From assembly GCF_009914755.1 (NCBI RefSeq), contig NC_060930.1: a DNA stretch of 64,000 nucleotides. One strand, 5' to 3'. The notes below the pieces were generated by a model. It searched no databases and had not been told where the DNA came from. It saw nothing but the letters and a program-made list of their open reading frames with translations. The position numbers were made by a program, and so were the translations under genes. This document shows positions 1 through 17,835 of this stretch, in pieces (the first letter of the stretch is position 1; every line of letters begins with the position of its first letter). The DNA is from the human T2T-CHM13v2.0 reference genome, Homo sapiens.

Positions 1-636
<636 letters not shown>

Positions 637-1020
637 TGTAGTAGTCTATTTTTATGCCACTATAAAGACATACCTGAGCCTGGGTAGTTTATGGAGAAAA
701 GGGGTTTAATTGACTCACAGTTCTGCAGGCTGTACAGGAGGCATGGCTGGGGAGGACTCAGAAAATTTACAATCAGAAGAGGGCAAAGGGGAAACAGGCA
801 CAATCTTCGTTTGGCAGAACAGAAGAGAGAGAGAGTGAAGGGGGAAGTGCTACACACTTTTAAATAATCAGATCTTGTGAGACTCATTCACTATCACAAG
901 AGCAGAAAGGGGAAAGTCTGCCCCCATGATTCAATCACCTCCCACTAGGCCCTTCCTCAACCTGTGGGGATTACAATTCCACATGATGTTTGGTTGGGGA
1001 CAAAGAGCTAAACCACATCA
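637..1020 (-). mobile_element. MST-type MaLR LTR
   Basis: TG...CA termini; GGTTTAATTGACTCACAGTTCTGCAGGCTGTACAGG and AAACCACATCA match the reverse complement of recalled MST/THE1 LTRs. Confidence 0.85.
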
Positions 1021-1191
1021 TGTGTCAAACATATTTTCTTTATATACATACTGAATATAGTAAATTCTAGATATTTTGGAGATGAATTCTGCAGCTCATG
1101 AATTATGTAGATCCTGTTTTTTTTCTTTCAAATCTCAGTAATTTTTCATTGCTAATTACATATTTTCCTTGAAAGAGTCAGTCAAGAGTAG

Positions 1192-1559
1192 TGTCTTAGT
1201 TAGCTTAGGCTGCTATAACTATACACTGCAAACTGGGTGGTTTAAACAACAAGCATTTATTTCTCACAGTTCTGGAGCCTGGGAAGTCCAAGATCAAAGC
1301 ATGGGCAGATTTAGTGTCTGGTGATGGCCTAATTCCTGCTTCATATGCGGTCTTCTCTCTGTGTCTTCATGTAGTGAAAGAGGGAAGTCTCTTTCAAGAT
1401 TCTTTTAAGGACACTAATTCTATTCAGGAGGGCTCCACCTTAATGACCTCATCTAATTCTGATTACCCACGAAAGACCCCACTTCCAAATGCCATCACAT
1501 TAGGAGGTAGGATTTCAGTATATAAATTTGCAGGGGACATGAACATTCAGTACATAACA
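1192..1559 (-). mobile_element. MLT1A/B-type solo LTR
   Basis: TG...CA termini; ATTTATTTCTCACAGTTCTGGAG..GGAAGTCCAAGATCAA core; near-TSD AGTAG/GGTAG. Confidence 0.8.
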
Positions 1560-3154
1560 GGTAGTGGGTCTCTGAAATGTTCATGTAGCAATTCTTGTAG
1601 AGATTCAAAAGTCACAGATGAAGTAGAAATTATGCCTAATAATTGGCTTATGGATTGCTTGTAAATTTATCCAAATGCTATTATTGTTATGGAGAGTTGT
1701 TATTCAATGTTAAAAATTTATGTAAATATTTCTGTTTATTAAAACTCAATTCAAACTGGCTTAAGAAATTAAGAAGAGTTTATTTTATATTTCAGCGTGA
1801 CTGAGTCCAGGGATTTAAATGAGCTCTTCAGGATTATCTCTTTCTCTATCACTTATCTTTCTTCTTTTATGATTATAGTGTCATTTTCTTCCATGACCAC
1901 AAGCTTCCTTCAGGAAGGATTTATCTCAGCCCAGTTAGTATCCCAAAAGAAAGAGAGGGCTAGTTTATTTTGGGGTATTACAAGGCAAAGTGAATACCCT
2001 AGCACTGGTCCTATTCATTCCTCTCCTGTTTCCCAGGACCAGAGCAATGGAGGATCCTGGCTGGTGAGACACAGTGATTTTTAACACCTCACCCCCCAGG
2101 CTAGGGTGTAAAACAATTTTCCAAATAAACTGGGGACTCTGACACCAAATAAAATGTAGGAGAGAGGAAAATAATACAGGAGCACCAAAACAAATGAAAC
2201 CCAAAGTGGTTTCTGTTATATTTAGTCAAACATGTTCAACTACATTCTAGTTTCTGGTAATGATAATGAATTGATTCCAATGCACTTCATGAAAGTTTCC
2301 CCAAGGATTTTCTAGGGATTAAAAACAGATAACAATACATATCCTTCAGAAATATGCTAATGAGAGATATATTCATATGCATTTTTTTCATTGCTGGCTC
2401 AGTGTTCTGGGCCTATGTTTGTTGCCTTTTGTGGTAGACTTTGCGGTAATGATAAATATTTCTTTTATGAGGCTTTATTACTGTTGTCAAATCTTTTGAT
2501 CTTAAGGATTATGGCTGAAAAACTCTAATAATCTGAATTATTTCCTTAAATAAAGTTTTTGCTTCTTTCTCTTTCTGGTTCTTCCTTATTTTAGAATCTT
2601 TATAATCAACTAAATGCATTTTCCTTCTGATAAAATAACTCATTTAACTATAAATTTCACCACATCTTAGGGACTATGGGCCTTGACTACTTGGGAAGAA
2701 TATGCATTTAATGAGGCATGTTTTATTTACTGTGTTCCAAATGGTACTTATACCATTAGGTGATTAGTGTTCATCTGCTGAGTGCAGTTGCTCAGAAAAT
2801 GCAACCCTTCATTTAAGATTCCTTGGAACTTGATGTCAGTCTCTCTGAATGCATATTTTCTCTGATTTTAGCATGTTTGTTAGAAATCCCTGGATGCTCA
2901 GAGATATTTTCCATAGCTTGAACAATGATTTAGCACAAATTGTGTTGCATTTTCTGGCTTTAAACAGTTATTTTAAAAATTAAAATTTTACCCTGTTATG
3001 TAATATTTTTCACATTTCTATTGTATTTTGTTATAGACATCCTTATATAGTTTATCTACTGAAGGATAATCATTTTGCATAACTGTAGTACATAAAATGT
3101 GTTGGTTTAGAAATATGTAAAGATTTCAATGCAGACACTTTTCAGGTCATGTCC

Positions 3155-3705
3155 TGTTGTGGGCCAGCCTCAACACCATCCGTAGGGTATCCGAAGTCCG
3201 GTGGTAACAAAGGAATGAGAAGAGACAGGTTAAGAGTTCTTAAAGGTGGGAGTCAGGGGGCCAGTTTTAAAATGGAGGCTGCAAAACGCCCCGAGCTCTG
3301 GTTTCTACTTGATTTATTGAGTACAATCACTTAGATCTAAGAAGCAGATGTTTAGGGCAAAACAGTGACAGGGAGGCAGTACGTCATAGGCGTTATCTAT
3401 AGTAATAGTGGTTTAAATGAATTTTCTTTGTGTTCAAACAGTGTATCTTTATCGGAGAGTAGTTGGTGGGAGTGGGCTTAACTAGGAGCCTGTACGTCTG
3501 TCCACATTTTAATGTTTTAAAGGAGTATCTTTTTTCTTGAACACAGTGTTTACAGATAAGAGAGCAGATCTCGCTCTGAGCATGGGAACATGATGGCAAT
3601 TAGGAGGCTTTCCTCCTCGGAGGCCTCTTGTGGCTTTCCACAACTTATTGTCCCATATTTTTATGGCCAGTTTATACAGGCACCCCACAAGCCCTTTTCC
3701 CAACA
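3155..3705 (-). repeat. 3' LTR (LTR14-type)
   Basis: 551 bp, TG...CA, direct repeat of 9855-10401; AATAAA on the minus strand near 3313-3318. Confidence 0.93.
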
Positions 3706-3709
3706 TGTC

Positions 3710-6007
<2,298 letters not shown>

Positions 6008-7070
6008 GGTAGAGTTTAAGATGTTTTGTAGGTACCCAAACTGGAAGTTGTTTTTTTTCTGGGGAAATACAAACAAACCCTCTTTCCCGTGTAATAACTT
6101 TTCCTCTTTTTTAGGTCTTTGTTTTTGAGTTTTTTTTACCACACAGGTTTTTCTTTATGAACATTTACCTTTTGTCCTGTTAAATGTTGTTTAGTTGTTG
6201 TAGTAACCTGATTTTGGGAGATGTTTAAAAAAATTTAAGGTAACAAGAGCCAATTGTAACTGTATATGAGGGGTGGAATATTTTTAATTTTTTTAATTTT
6301 TTGTTTATGTAATTGTATTTTTAAGATTTGATTGGCTTGTTTCACAATTGTTTGTCCTTGAGAATTATAGGGAATGCTTGTGTTGTGTTTAATGTTTTAT
6401 TGTTTTAAAAATGTTTGGAAAGATCTGCTACAGTAGTCTGGTCCATTGTCTGTTTTTAATTTTTGTGGAATTTCCATGATAGTAAAACAGGAAAGTAAGT
6501 GTCTTTTTATATGTGTTGTAGTCTTGCTGGTTTGGCAAGTAGTCCATATAAAATAAGAATATGTATTTATGGTCGCATGGACATAAGAAAGTTTGCCAAA
6601 TGTAGGAACGTGGGTGACGTCTGTTTGTCAGATTATGTTAGGTGTCAACCCTCAAGGGTTAACACCAGTTTTTTGATGCGGTAGTTGTAGTACCTGGCAC
6701 TGAGGACAATGTTGTACAATGTCCTTGGCCTGATTTTACATAATTTGATATTTGTTTTTAAGTCCTGTTGTGTTAAGGTGTAAGGTGTGTTATTGAGTGG
6801 AAACTTTGGGCATTAGTAAGTATGGGGGAAACCAACAAGTCAGCTTGTTTATTAGTCTTAGTCAAGGGTCCTGGAAGATTGGTATGTGCTCAGATATGAG
6901 TTATATAGAAAGGAAAACCCTGAGTACGCACAGCTGTTTGTAAAGAGTTGAACAATTGATAAAGCTGTTTACCAATAATATATTTAATTAAGGCAGTTTT
7001 AATATGTTGAGTAGCTTGTACAACATAAGTTGAATTTGAAACAATATTAACTGGCTGATTAAAATTTTTT

Positions 7071-7357
<287 letters not shown>

Positions 7358-7709
7358 TAAAATTTTTTAATACTGTAATTACTGTTTGTAATTCAGCTCT
7401 TTGGGCTGAGGAAAAGTTAGTGTGGATAACTTTATCACATGGTCCCATATATGTCGCTTTTTCAGTACTAGAGCCATTAGTAAAAACAGTTACAGTTCCT
7501 TTTAAAGGGGCATTAGGAGTAATTTTTGTAAGAACCCATGTAGTTAATTTTAAGAACTGGAAAATTTTATTTAGGATAATGATTATTAATACATTTAACA
7601 AATTTTGTTAAATTAACTTGTCACGTAACTGAATTAATAAATGCTTGTTTAACCTGATTTTTATGTATTGGAACTACAATCTTATTGGGCTTAGGGCCAT
7701 AAAGTTTAA

Positions 7710-8038
<329 letters not shown>

Positions 8039-9082
8039 TAAAATTGTCATTTGATCAAATATACTGTAAGCATTTTTATGGTATTATGTGGCAAAAAGGA
8101 CCACTTAACTAAATCATCATTTTGAATAATAACCCCCATTGGGTAGTGGGAAGTAGGGAACACTGTGAATTGTAAAGGCAAGTCTGAGTCAATCCTACTG
8201 ATCTGGGCTTGTTGAGTTTTTTTTTTTTAATTACTTTTAATTCTTTTATGGCCTTGGGTGTTAGTTTTTTTTTACTGTGCAAGTTGAAATTTTTTTCTCA
8301 ATATTGAGAAGAGATTAGATATAGTATAAGTAGGGATCTTTAAGTTGGGCTGAATTCAATTAATATCTTCTAACAATTTTTGAAAATTATTTAAGGTTTT
8401 TAAAGAATTTTTTTAAATTTGAACCTTTTGAGGCTTAATGGCTCTATTCCGCACTTGTATTTTCAAATACTGAAAAGGAGTGGTTTTTTGAATTTTTTTC
8501 AGGTGTTCTAAGCAATCCAGTGTTTGTAATTGTCTTTTGTAAAGATGAATAACATTGAATAAGTTGGTTTTTATTTTTTGTTGTACACAGTATGTCATCC
8601 ATATAATGAATGATGTAACAATCTGGAAATTGATTTTTAACAGTCTGGATAGCTCTGTCTACAAAAGTTTGACAAATTGTGGGACTGTTTAACATACCCT
8701 GAGGCAAAACTTTTCAATGATATCTGGCTGTAGGTTTTTTGTTATTAACGGCAGGGATGATAATGGTAAATTTTTCAAAACCTGTCTCTGTTAAAGGAAT
8801 TGTAAAAAAGTAGTCTTTTAAATCTATAATAACAAGTGGCCAGTCTTTAGGGATCATGATGGGAGATGGGAGCTCGGGTTGTAAGGCTCCCATTGGTTGA
8901 ATTACAGCGTTGACTGCTTGCAAGTCAGTCAGCATGTGCCATCTACCAAACTTTTTAAATTACAAATACTGGGGAATTTCAAGGAGAGAAAGTGGGTGAA
9001 ATATATCCTTTTTTTTAGTAGTTTAACTATTTTATGAAGTGTCCCCAATTTTTCCTTAGGGAGCAGCCACTGTTTGACCCAG

Positions 9083-9704
9083 ATAAGGTGCTGGGTCGGG
9101 CCTGAATTGTTCCTTCACTGTAATGAATGGCAGGGTGAGCCTGAATGCCCCCTTTTCATAATGAACTGTGGGTTGGGCAATAATAGGTGCAGCAAGCCGA
9201 GTCATGGCAAGCCAAGTCTTGGGCTCCCTCTCCTAGAAGGTGGCCATTTCGGACATATCTCTGAAGGAGCCATGGGCTGAACAATTTTTTGAGTAGGTTT
9301 AGGGAGACTGGGGGGATTGGCAGAAATCACCTCCGGAGTCTCCTTTTTGTTAGTACTTAGTAGAGGTGGTTCAGGGTCCTGATCATTAGACTCCTTTCTC
9401 TCCTCCTGTGACTCAACCTCATCATTTGTCTGAAAAGGCACCAGTGCTGCATGCAGCAATGACCAAACTGACCAAACAGGCAAAGGAATTTCCTTTCCTT
9501 TTCTATTTGTTTTTTAAGGTCCTCTTCAACTCTTTCCCAATTTTTTAATTTCACAGTTCTCTGTTTTTGGAACCAAGCACAAAATTGTTCCACAGCATAA
9601 AACAAATCCATAAGATTTTCCGTATCAACTTTTACCCCACCACACTTCAAGAGCTGCCATGGCAAGCTCAAATATGTGGTGTACTTACTTTCAGTTTGTC
9701 CCAT
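9083..9704 (-). pseudogene. gag: Truncated gag (matrix plus proline-rich region; CA, NC and pro absent)
   Basis: MGQTESKY...LMDLFYAVEQFCAWF...NWERV is a betaretroviral matrix starting at ATG 9704. It is frameshifted and joins RT (WVKQW) at about 9082. Confidence 0.88.
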
Positions 9705-9833
9705 TTGTGTCCCTAGCTTTCTCCGAGTGCCCTGTTTACCTGCAGAGCTTAAAACTTTTTTGTCCTCAGGAGTCCTTTGTCCATCGGTCCTCCATTTCAC
9801 ACACTTGAGCGTTTCTTCACTGGATTCTTTTGG

Positions 9834-9851
9834 GTCCCATGTTGGGTGACA
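9834..9851 (-). promoter_or_regulatory. Degenerate primer binding site, tRNA-Lys
   Basis: TGTCACCCAACATGGGAC versus TGGCGCCCAACGTGGGGC (14/18), 3 nt downstream of the 5' LTR. Confidence 0.8.
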
Positions 9852-9854
9852 AAA

Positions 9855-10401
9855 TGTTGGGGGCACCACCCATAGGGTACCCGAACTCTAGTGGTGACAA
9901 AGGAATGAGAAGAGACGGGTCAAGAGTTCTTTAAAATGGGAGCCAGGGGGCCACTTGTAAAATGGAGGCTGCAAAAGGCGCCGAGCTCTGGTTTCCACAG
10001 TATTTATTGAGTACAATCACTTAGATCTAAGAAGCAGATGTTCAGGGCGAAACAGTGAAAGGGAGGCAGTACGTCATAGGCGTAATCTACGGTAATAGTG
10101 GTTTAAATGAATTTTCTTTGTGTTCAAACAATGTATCTTTAACTTATCAGAGAGTAGTTAGTGGGAGCGGGCTTAACTAGGAGCCTGTACATCTGTCCAC
10201 ATTTTAATGTTTTAAAGGAGTGTCTTTTTTTCTTGAACACTGTGTTTACAGATAAGAGAGCGGATCTCACTCTGAGCATGGGAACATGATGGCAATTAGG
10301 AGGCTTTCCTCCTCAGAGGCCTCTTGTGGCTTTCCACAACTTATTGTCCCATATTTTTAGGGCAAGTTTATACAGGCACCCCACAGTCCTTTTTCCCAAC
10401 A
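9855..10401 (-). repeat. 5' LTR (LTR14-type), potential promoter
   Basis: 547 bp; about 43 substitutions and 3 indels versus the 3' LTR by manual alignment (~8%). Confidence 0.93.
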
Positions 10402-11462
10402 ATGTCCTAACCTATTTAAAATTATAGTGGTATCCTAACACACCAGTACCTCAGAGGACTAAACTTTTAATTCAAGTAATATAAAATGCATTTTATTTTG
10501 CACATGTTTAAAAAATAAGAAAATGTCAATACTTAAAATAACTAGGTTAGTTTCTTCTTGAAATAGTCAAGAATATTCTTGGGATCTGTGGCTCCCATTC
10601 TCCTTAGTGAACTTCTCTTTCATTGCTCATTCCATAAATGTTCTCAACTTTCTCTCTTTTCCCTCTTCTCATTTTATATCAGATATTGGAAATTGGTGAC
10701 TATACAGACCAAATCTGGTCTACAGATAGTGTATTATAATAGTAATTATTATTTTTTGGCTCTCGCAATACTTGGAAATAAATGGATTTAACATTTAACA
10801 ATTTGGAGATTATATATGAGATCTGTTTTCAGCTTTTTTGAAAACCTGGACTCTCTGGACCATCTTGGCTGGCACTTCCACCTGTCCATAGTTAGCTTGA
10901 GCTGTGTACCAGCTGCTCCTTTGGACAATACATGCTCTGTCCCTTCACCTACCACTGGCTTTGGTATCCTTCGAACACTGAGTCCAAGTCTCGGTTATCA
11001 CTTATCACACTGAGACTGTTGTTTTTCTTATAGTAGAAAAATATTCCTTGACATTTAAAATTAGAAAATGAAAGACCAAGACAGCTATGTGTTTAAAGGA
11101 AAATTAGACATGTCAATGTCCCAATTGCCCAAGAGGGCAAGTCAACCCTCTTCTCCCTGAAAGATTCATTCACTTCCTTAAGATTTAAACTACCATTTTT
11201 AATGTTTATAATTCTAAAATATATATCTCCCTTTCATAGTTTTCTCCTAAACTTCTTAGCCATATATTTGTATATATGTATAGGTGTGTATGTATATCCA
11301 ATTTCTTAGTCAGCATCTCTGTTTGAATGTCTCACAGACACTTTAACCATGACATGCCTGATGTGGACACATCATCTTATTCCCTCGATTTACTCTTCCA
11401 CCTCTGATCTTTCTTTGTGGTAGACCATATTATCATCCTCAATTGCTCATTCTTCCCTTCCC

Positions 11463-11730
11463 TGTAAGACCATTAATCTACATCCACTGCCATGTGCATA
11501 CAGTACTAGCCTTAAGAGGAGCATACTTTCCCACACCATTTAGGCCAGGCTCAGCTACATGACTTGTTTTGACCAGTGAAATGTGAGCAGAATTGACAGT
11601 ACACCAGTCTGAACAGAAGCTTTCCGTTGTGTAGTTTCACCAGCTCTCTTGCTTTTACTCTCTACCTTGAGAACTATAAATCACAGGTGAGTGATGCTTC
11701 TTCCAACTGGATCCTGGAGTGAAAGAACGA
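11463..11730 (+). mobile_element. Old MLT1-type LTR fragment
   Basis: CATGACTTGTTTTGACCAGTGAAATGTGAGCAGAA core resembles MLT1H/I/J; boundaries approximate. Confidence 0.5.
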
Positions 11731-11753
11731 CTAAATTGCTGGATAAAATATTT

Positions 11754-12181
11754 ACATATATATATTTATATTCAATTTCAACTTTTACTTTAAATACAGG
11801 GGGTATATGTGCAGCTTTGCTACAAGAGTATTGTGAGTACATTGTGTGGTGTTGAGGTTTGGGGTGTAGATGTCATCACCCAGGTTGTAGTAAACATAGT
11901 ACCCAAAGGGTTGTTTTTCACCCCGTGGGCTTCTCCTTCCCTCCCCTGTCTAGTAGTTCACAGTGTTTATTGTCCCGATCTTTAGTTCCACGTGGGCTCA
12001 ATGTTTAGCTTCCAATTACAAGTGAGATCGTGCAATATTTGGTTTTCTGTTCTTGTGTTAATTTCCTTGGGATTATGGCCTCCAGCTGTATCTATGTTGC
12101 TGCAAAGGACATGACTTCGTTCTTTTTAAATAGCTGCATAGTATTGCATAGTGTATATGCACCACATTTTCTTTATCCGTA
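11754..12181 (-). mobile_element. 5'-truncated L1 3' end (L1PA13-16-like)
   Basis: L1 3'UTR sequence; TSD GATAAAATATTT at 11742-11753 and 12182-12193. Confidence 0.85.
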
Positions 12182-12993
12182 GATAAAATATTTTTAAATG
12201 TATAATTATAAGGAAAGTGAGGGAACTTCACTAAGACCTGAAGCAATAAGAAACTGTGAATCTCTTTCTAGGTCAGTGCTGAAGTCAGCATTTGCACTAA
12301 CAGCATCTGCTCATCCTTGGTGATTTAAAGTTTCATATTTTGGTGGACTGATAATCACAGACAGGAACACTTGGGCTCCTGTGCAAGGTGAGAGACTGGA
12401 GCAAGACTCAGAGGCAAATCCAGGAATTCTAAAAGGAACAGATTCCAGGGATGAATTCTCTGATTCAGGAAAATGGAGAGAATAAGAATGCTTGCCTTTT
12501 TTTGGCTTTGGCCATGAGTACACAGGGAAAAAAAAATTCTTTCTTTGAGAATTCTCAGTATGCTTTCCTTTTGGTTTGGGGTCACATTCCCTGTATGCCT
12601 GGAAAAAAACCCATGCCACAAATTTATGTAAAAGTGGTCCTGGGCTAGTAGTACACACAGGTTCCTGGCATTTTAGCAAACTCAAATTCTCTATGGTGGT
12701 ACATGCTTGAAACTCAGGCCACAAAGAAGTCATACTGATAAAGTTTAGAGAAACGTGAGTTCACAAAAATATTTGAAAAGCACTTGGAAAAACAAGCTAC
12801 CGCTGGCAAAATTTAGCAGAACAACAAAATGAAGAATCAGATTCACAAAGTGGCATATATTTGAATGTTTAAAGACAATACAAAATAAGGGTTTAAAATA
12901 TTTATCAGAATATAAGAGGATAGCTTCAGGGCCTTGACCAGTCTCCTTTCCATAGATACCAAGATAGGAAATATTGCTTTAGAGAGTAGTGGG

Positions 12994-13210
12994 TTTTTTT
13001 GTTTTTGTTTTTGTTTCTCAAGTCCTTTTATTATTCATTTTTAACAACAGCCCAGGGATAGGGAACCAGGGGAAGTGGAAAGGGGAGAAGGGAGCCCCTA
13101 CAACCCCTCCCAACTCACCCCTTCCCCTATTATGTATTTATAATCTATATGTAAGCCCCAGGGGTGAGAGGAAAAGGGAACTCCCTCACTGGAGTGGGGT
13201 AACCCATAGA
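12994..13210 (-). pseudogene. Putative retrocopied mRNA 3'UTR fragment, parent unknown
   Basis: On the minus strand, a G/C-run-rich island ends in AATAAA (13027-13032), then ~10 nt, then a degenerate poly-A (12994-13016). I see no similarity to Alu or L1 tails and no clear TSD. Confidence 0.5.
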
Positions 13211-14021
13211 GTGAAGTTATATTTAGGCTTTGAGTGACATTCATTCTATGCTTCTGTGCCTGAGGTCTTTGCAAGAGTAAATGGTACAGTTTGGGTGTGA
13301 TTTTTTCTCTCTTGGTGTGCTTATAGCGATAAACTAACAGTAAAACTATTTTACTTTTACAGCTGGTATTAGTGTAGTTTCTTATAAATTCATATTTTTT
13401 GGGGGAAGAAAGAGTAACGCACTTAAGTGGACATTAACTCATAAAATATTCAACCCTATTACACAATACTAAATAATTTTCCATTTTCTGAACTATAATT
13501 TCATGATAAAACTCTGGATTTGAACCGTTTATTCCAGGTATAAATAAACAATAAAATACAAAAATGTCTTTTAAAATTATCTTTCTTCTGTTTCTGACTT
13601 CTTCAAGCTCAATAAATATTAAACATTAAGAGTTGTCACTTGCAAAGAATGAAACATTTTAAATGACCAGCTTAATTTTAAAAAATACTTTATAATTTAT
13701 AAAACAGAAGCTCATTTTCATTAGAAAAATTTTATTAGTTCAGATTCACACAAGTTTAAGTATAAATAAGAGAAAGTTAGGATTAAATAATACTTGAGAA
13801 TAAAGGCAAAGTCTTCTCACATTTTTAAATACAACACAAACTTGAAGAACAAAGCATTTATTAAGAGATCCTTGAGAAATTACTTTAAGAACAGATAAGA
13901 CAGATTAGCAGGTACCCCATGTACATGAGTGCCTCTATAGTTTGTTCATTTAGATAAGTCAAAAATTCTCACTTGAGATCTTGTTTATTAATTAAAATAT
14001 TAGTAAACTATTTCTTCATGA

Positions 14022-14320
<299 letters not shown>

Positions 14321-15774
14321 TCTTCATGAGTTTTTAATGATTCCTGGCTCATATTTGAAGTCAATGTCAGCTAAAAAAGCTATAATAACTAATGGGTTTC
14401 TCACAGAATCTACTATCATACAATTTAGTGTCCTGCAATAGAAAGTATAAATCTCAAAGAGCACACACGTAACTACTTGAGCAGAGGAGTGAGCCAGTAT
14501 CTGGCTTCCTGGAAGACTGTACTGTAAGTATGGAGCTGTCTTCTCTTTTGGTCTTCTGCTTCTCTCATCATTCAGGTGAATTCACTCATCCTCACCTTCA
14601 GGCTTCAGATCTGCTTCTTGGGGGACTGGTTTTTGCTTTAATATAACTCCATAGGAGACCTAAAGGTAAATCAAAGAGTTGGCTTTCAGTTCCCTGCGCC
14701 TCTTGCATGCTCCTCTTTTATGGTTGTGATCACTAATGCTCAGTCACTTGTTCGAGTTCTTGCCTTCAACTTCCAAGACCTTTGTTGCCTACTGTTAAGA
14801 TGACTTCTTGGGTAATCAATATGTTCTCCTTGTCCTTGTCAATATTTACTAGGTGACTAATCCTATAGACCTTGCCTGTGTTCCCAGTTCTGATTACTCT
14901 GCTGGAGACTTCCAAGTTGGCCTGCTTAGCTGTATCATCTCTCATTCAGATCTGACGTATAGCGGGAGCCAGATTGACTGAAACTGAGGGGTTACATAAA
15001 ATTCAGCATTAAGTAGGACAGATGAGTATTAGAAAGCAGAAGAGGTCCCACCACATAAGGCAATACTAAAACAAGTATTGAGATTGGGAGCATTCAAGGA
15101 ATAAATTAGGGAGAAGAGACACGGAGCAATGGAAAAGTGAGAGATTTTGGTTAAATATGGACATATTGGAAGCTTTTGCCTGGTCTTCCAGGGATATTTG
15201 CAACATGTGGCATTTAAAAGCTGGGGTGAGCAGGTACCCAATTCTAATTCTGTGCTGATAACCTCCTCCCACCCATAGTGTGGGAATGGTGCATGTGCCC
15301 TGGCCATGTATGGATCATTTGAATCACTATTTAGTGAATTATGTCTTAGAATCTCAGCTTTTTAGAGGTTAAATGGTCTTTAAAAATATTCCATCACGGA
15401 TTATGTTTCTGTTTTTTTGTTGTTGTTCACTTTTTATTGAAAATATGCATTCAGAAAAGCATACAAATAAATGTACAATTTCTGGAATTTTTATACTGAA
15501 CATATTCTAATCACCATTCAAGTCAAGTTATAGAATGTTTTCAGTACCCTAGAAGCTTCCCTTGTACTCACCTTCAGGCATTATTCAACCCCACAGGTAA
15601 CTAATATTTTGACTTCTATTAAAGAGACTTTTAAAAATATTGTTCTTTTATAAGTCTAATGCTTTTAGGAAATGTTTAAATATTAAACAAATATTCCCCT
15701 AAGCACTTACTGTGCACTAAACGATAGGGATTTTAAAAAGAATAAAATGTCACCTTTGCCTTCTAAAAAGATGA

Positions 15775-16602
<828 letters not shown>

Positions 16603-17369
16603 TTTAAGAGTTCAAGATTTAAGGTAATCTAGAAGGGGATAGAAGAAAATAAGCAGATACTCTAATTTTAAACACTACATTAAGTCTTTTTAGAGTGGTA
16701 CCTTCACAGTTTTATTGGAGTTCATTAGTGAGAGGGACTGACTCTATCCAAGTGTGTTGGGGAAGATTTCATGAAACAAAATGAGGGAGCAGCACCCTGC
16801 TTTAGCTGTAGGTTGTCAGGACCTCTCTGGAGAGGAACGATTTGAGCTGAGAACTGAAGGGTGAGGCAGAGTGGCAATGGGAGAGCTGGAGGTCACGCCT
16901 TCCAAGCAGGAGGTAAAGCACATGAGAAGGTGCTGAGAGGGCCTCTGGCACATGGGAGAGGAGGAGTGCCTAGTGGGTGTCAGGCATTCAATAAATGTAC
17001 CTATTGTTATAACCATCATGACCCCTTTTAGACCGAGAAACTAAGGAGTGAAGAAGAATTAAGTCCATGAGGCTCACATTCATTAAGACAAATATATTTT
17101 ATTTATGCATCATATGCTATTCATTTTATTTTTAAAGTATCTGTTAAAATACACTCAAATACAAAGATATTTTAAAAATTGGTCATTCAGACGCAGACTG
17201 AGCACCACATGCTGACCACTTTACTGTACTTTTCATTGTAAGATGAAATAGAAAGATGCCTCACTTTGGGGAATGTACCATCTAGAGGAAGAAGAAAATG
17301 CTATAATACAAGTATGAGCACTTATTGGGTTGGAAGAGCCAAATTTGGGGGAGATAAGATGTTTTAGGC

Positions 17370-17835
17370 TAGGGGTACCAGTCCGTGGGCTACTAGGAAC
17401 CAGACTGCACAGCAGGAGGTGAATGGCTGTGGGTGAGCAAGCGTTACTGCCTGAGCTCTGCCTCCTGTCAGATCAGCAGCTCCTAGAGTCTCATAGGACA
17501 GTGAACATTGTGAACTGTGCATGTGAGGGATCTAGCTTGTGCCTTCTTATGAGATTCTAATGCCTGATGATCTGTCACTGTCTCCCATCACCCCCAGATG
17601 AGACTGTCTAGTTGCAGGAAAACAAGCTCAGGGCTCCCACTGATCCTATATTATGATGAGTTGTATAATTGTTTCATTATATGTTACAATGTAATAATAA
17701 TATAAATAAAGTGCACAATAAATGTAATGCACTTGCATCATCCCAAAACCACCCCCCACATCCCCCACCTCCGTCTGTGGAAAAATTTTCTTCCATGAAA
17801 CTTGTCCCTGGTGTCAAAAAGGTTGGAGACCACTG
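17370..17835 (+). mobile_element. MER1A hAT-Charlie MITE
   Basis: Matches recalled MER1A; 3' TIR GGTTGGAGACCACTG; 8-bp TSD TTTTAGGC/TTTTAGGT; small deletion in the 5' TIR. Confidence 0.88.

Noticed and set aside
8444-8935. RT ORFs with LPQG and YMDD as a functional or stand-alone reverse transcriptase system
   Set aside because: They are fragments of the proviral pol, separated by stops and frameshifts.
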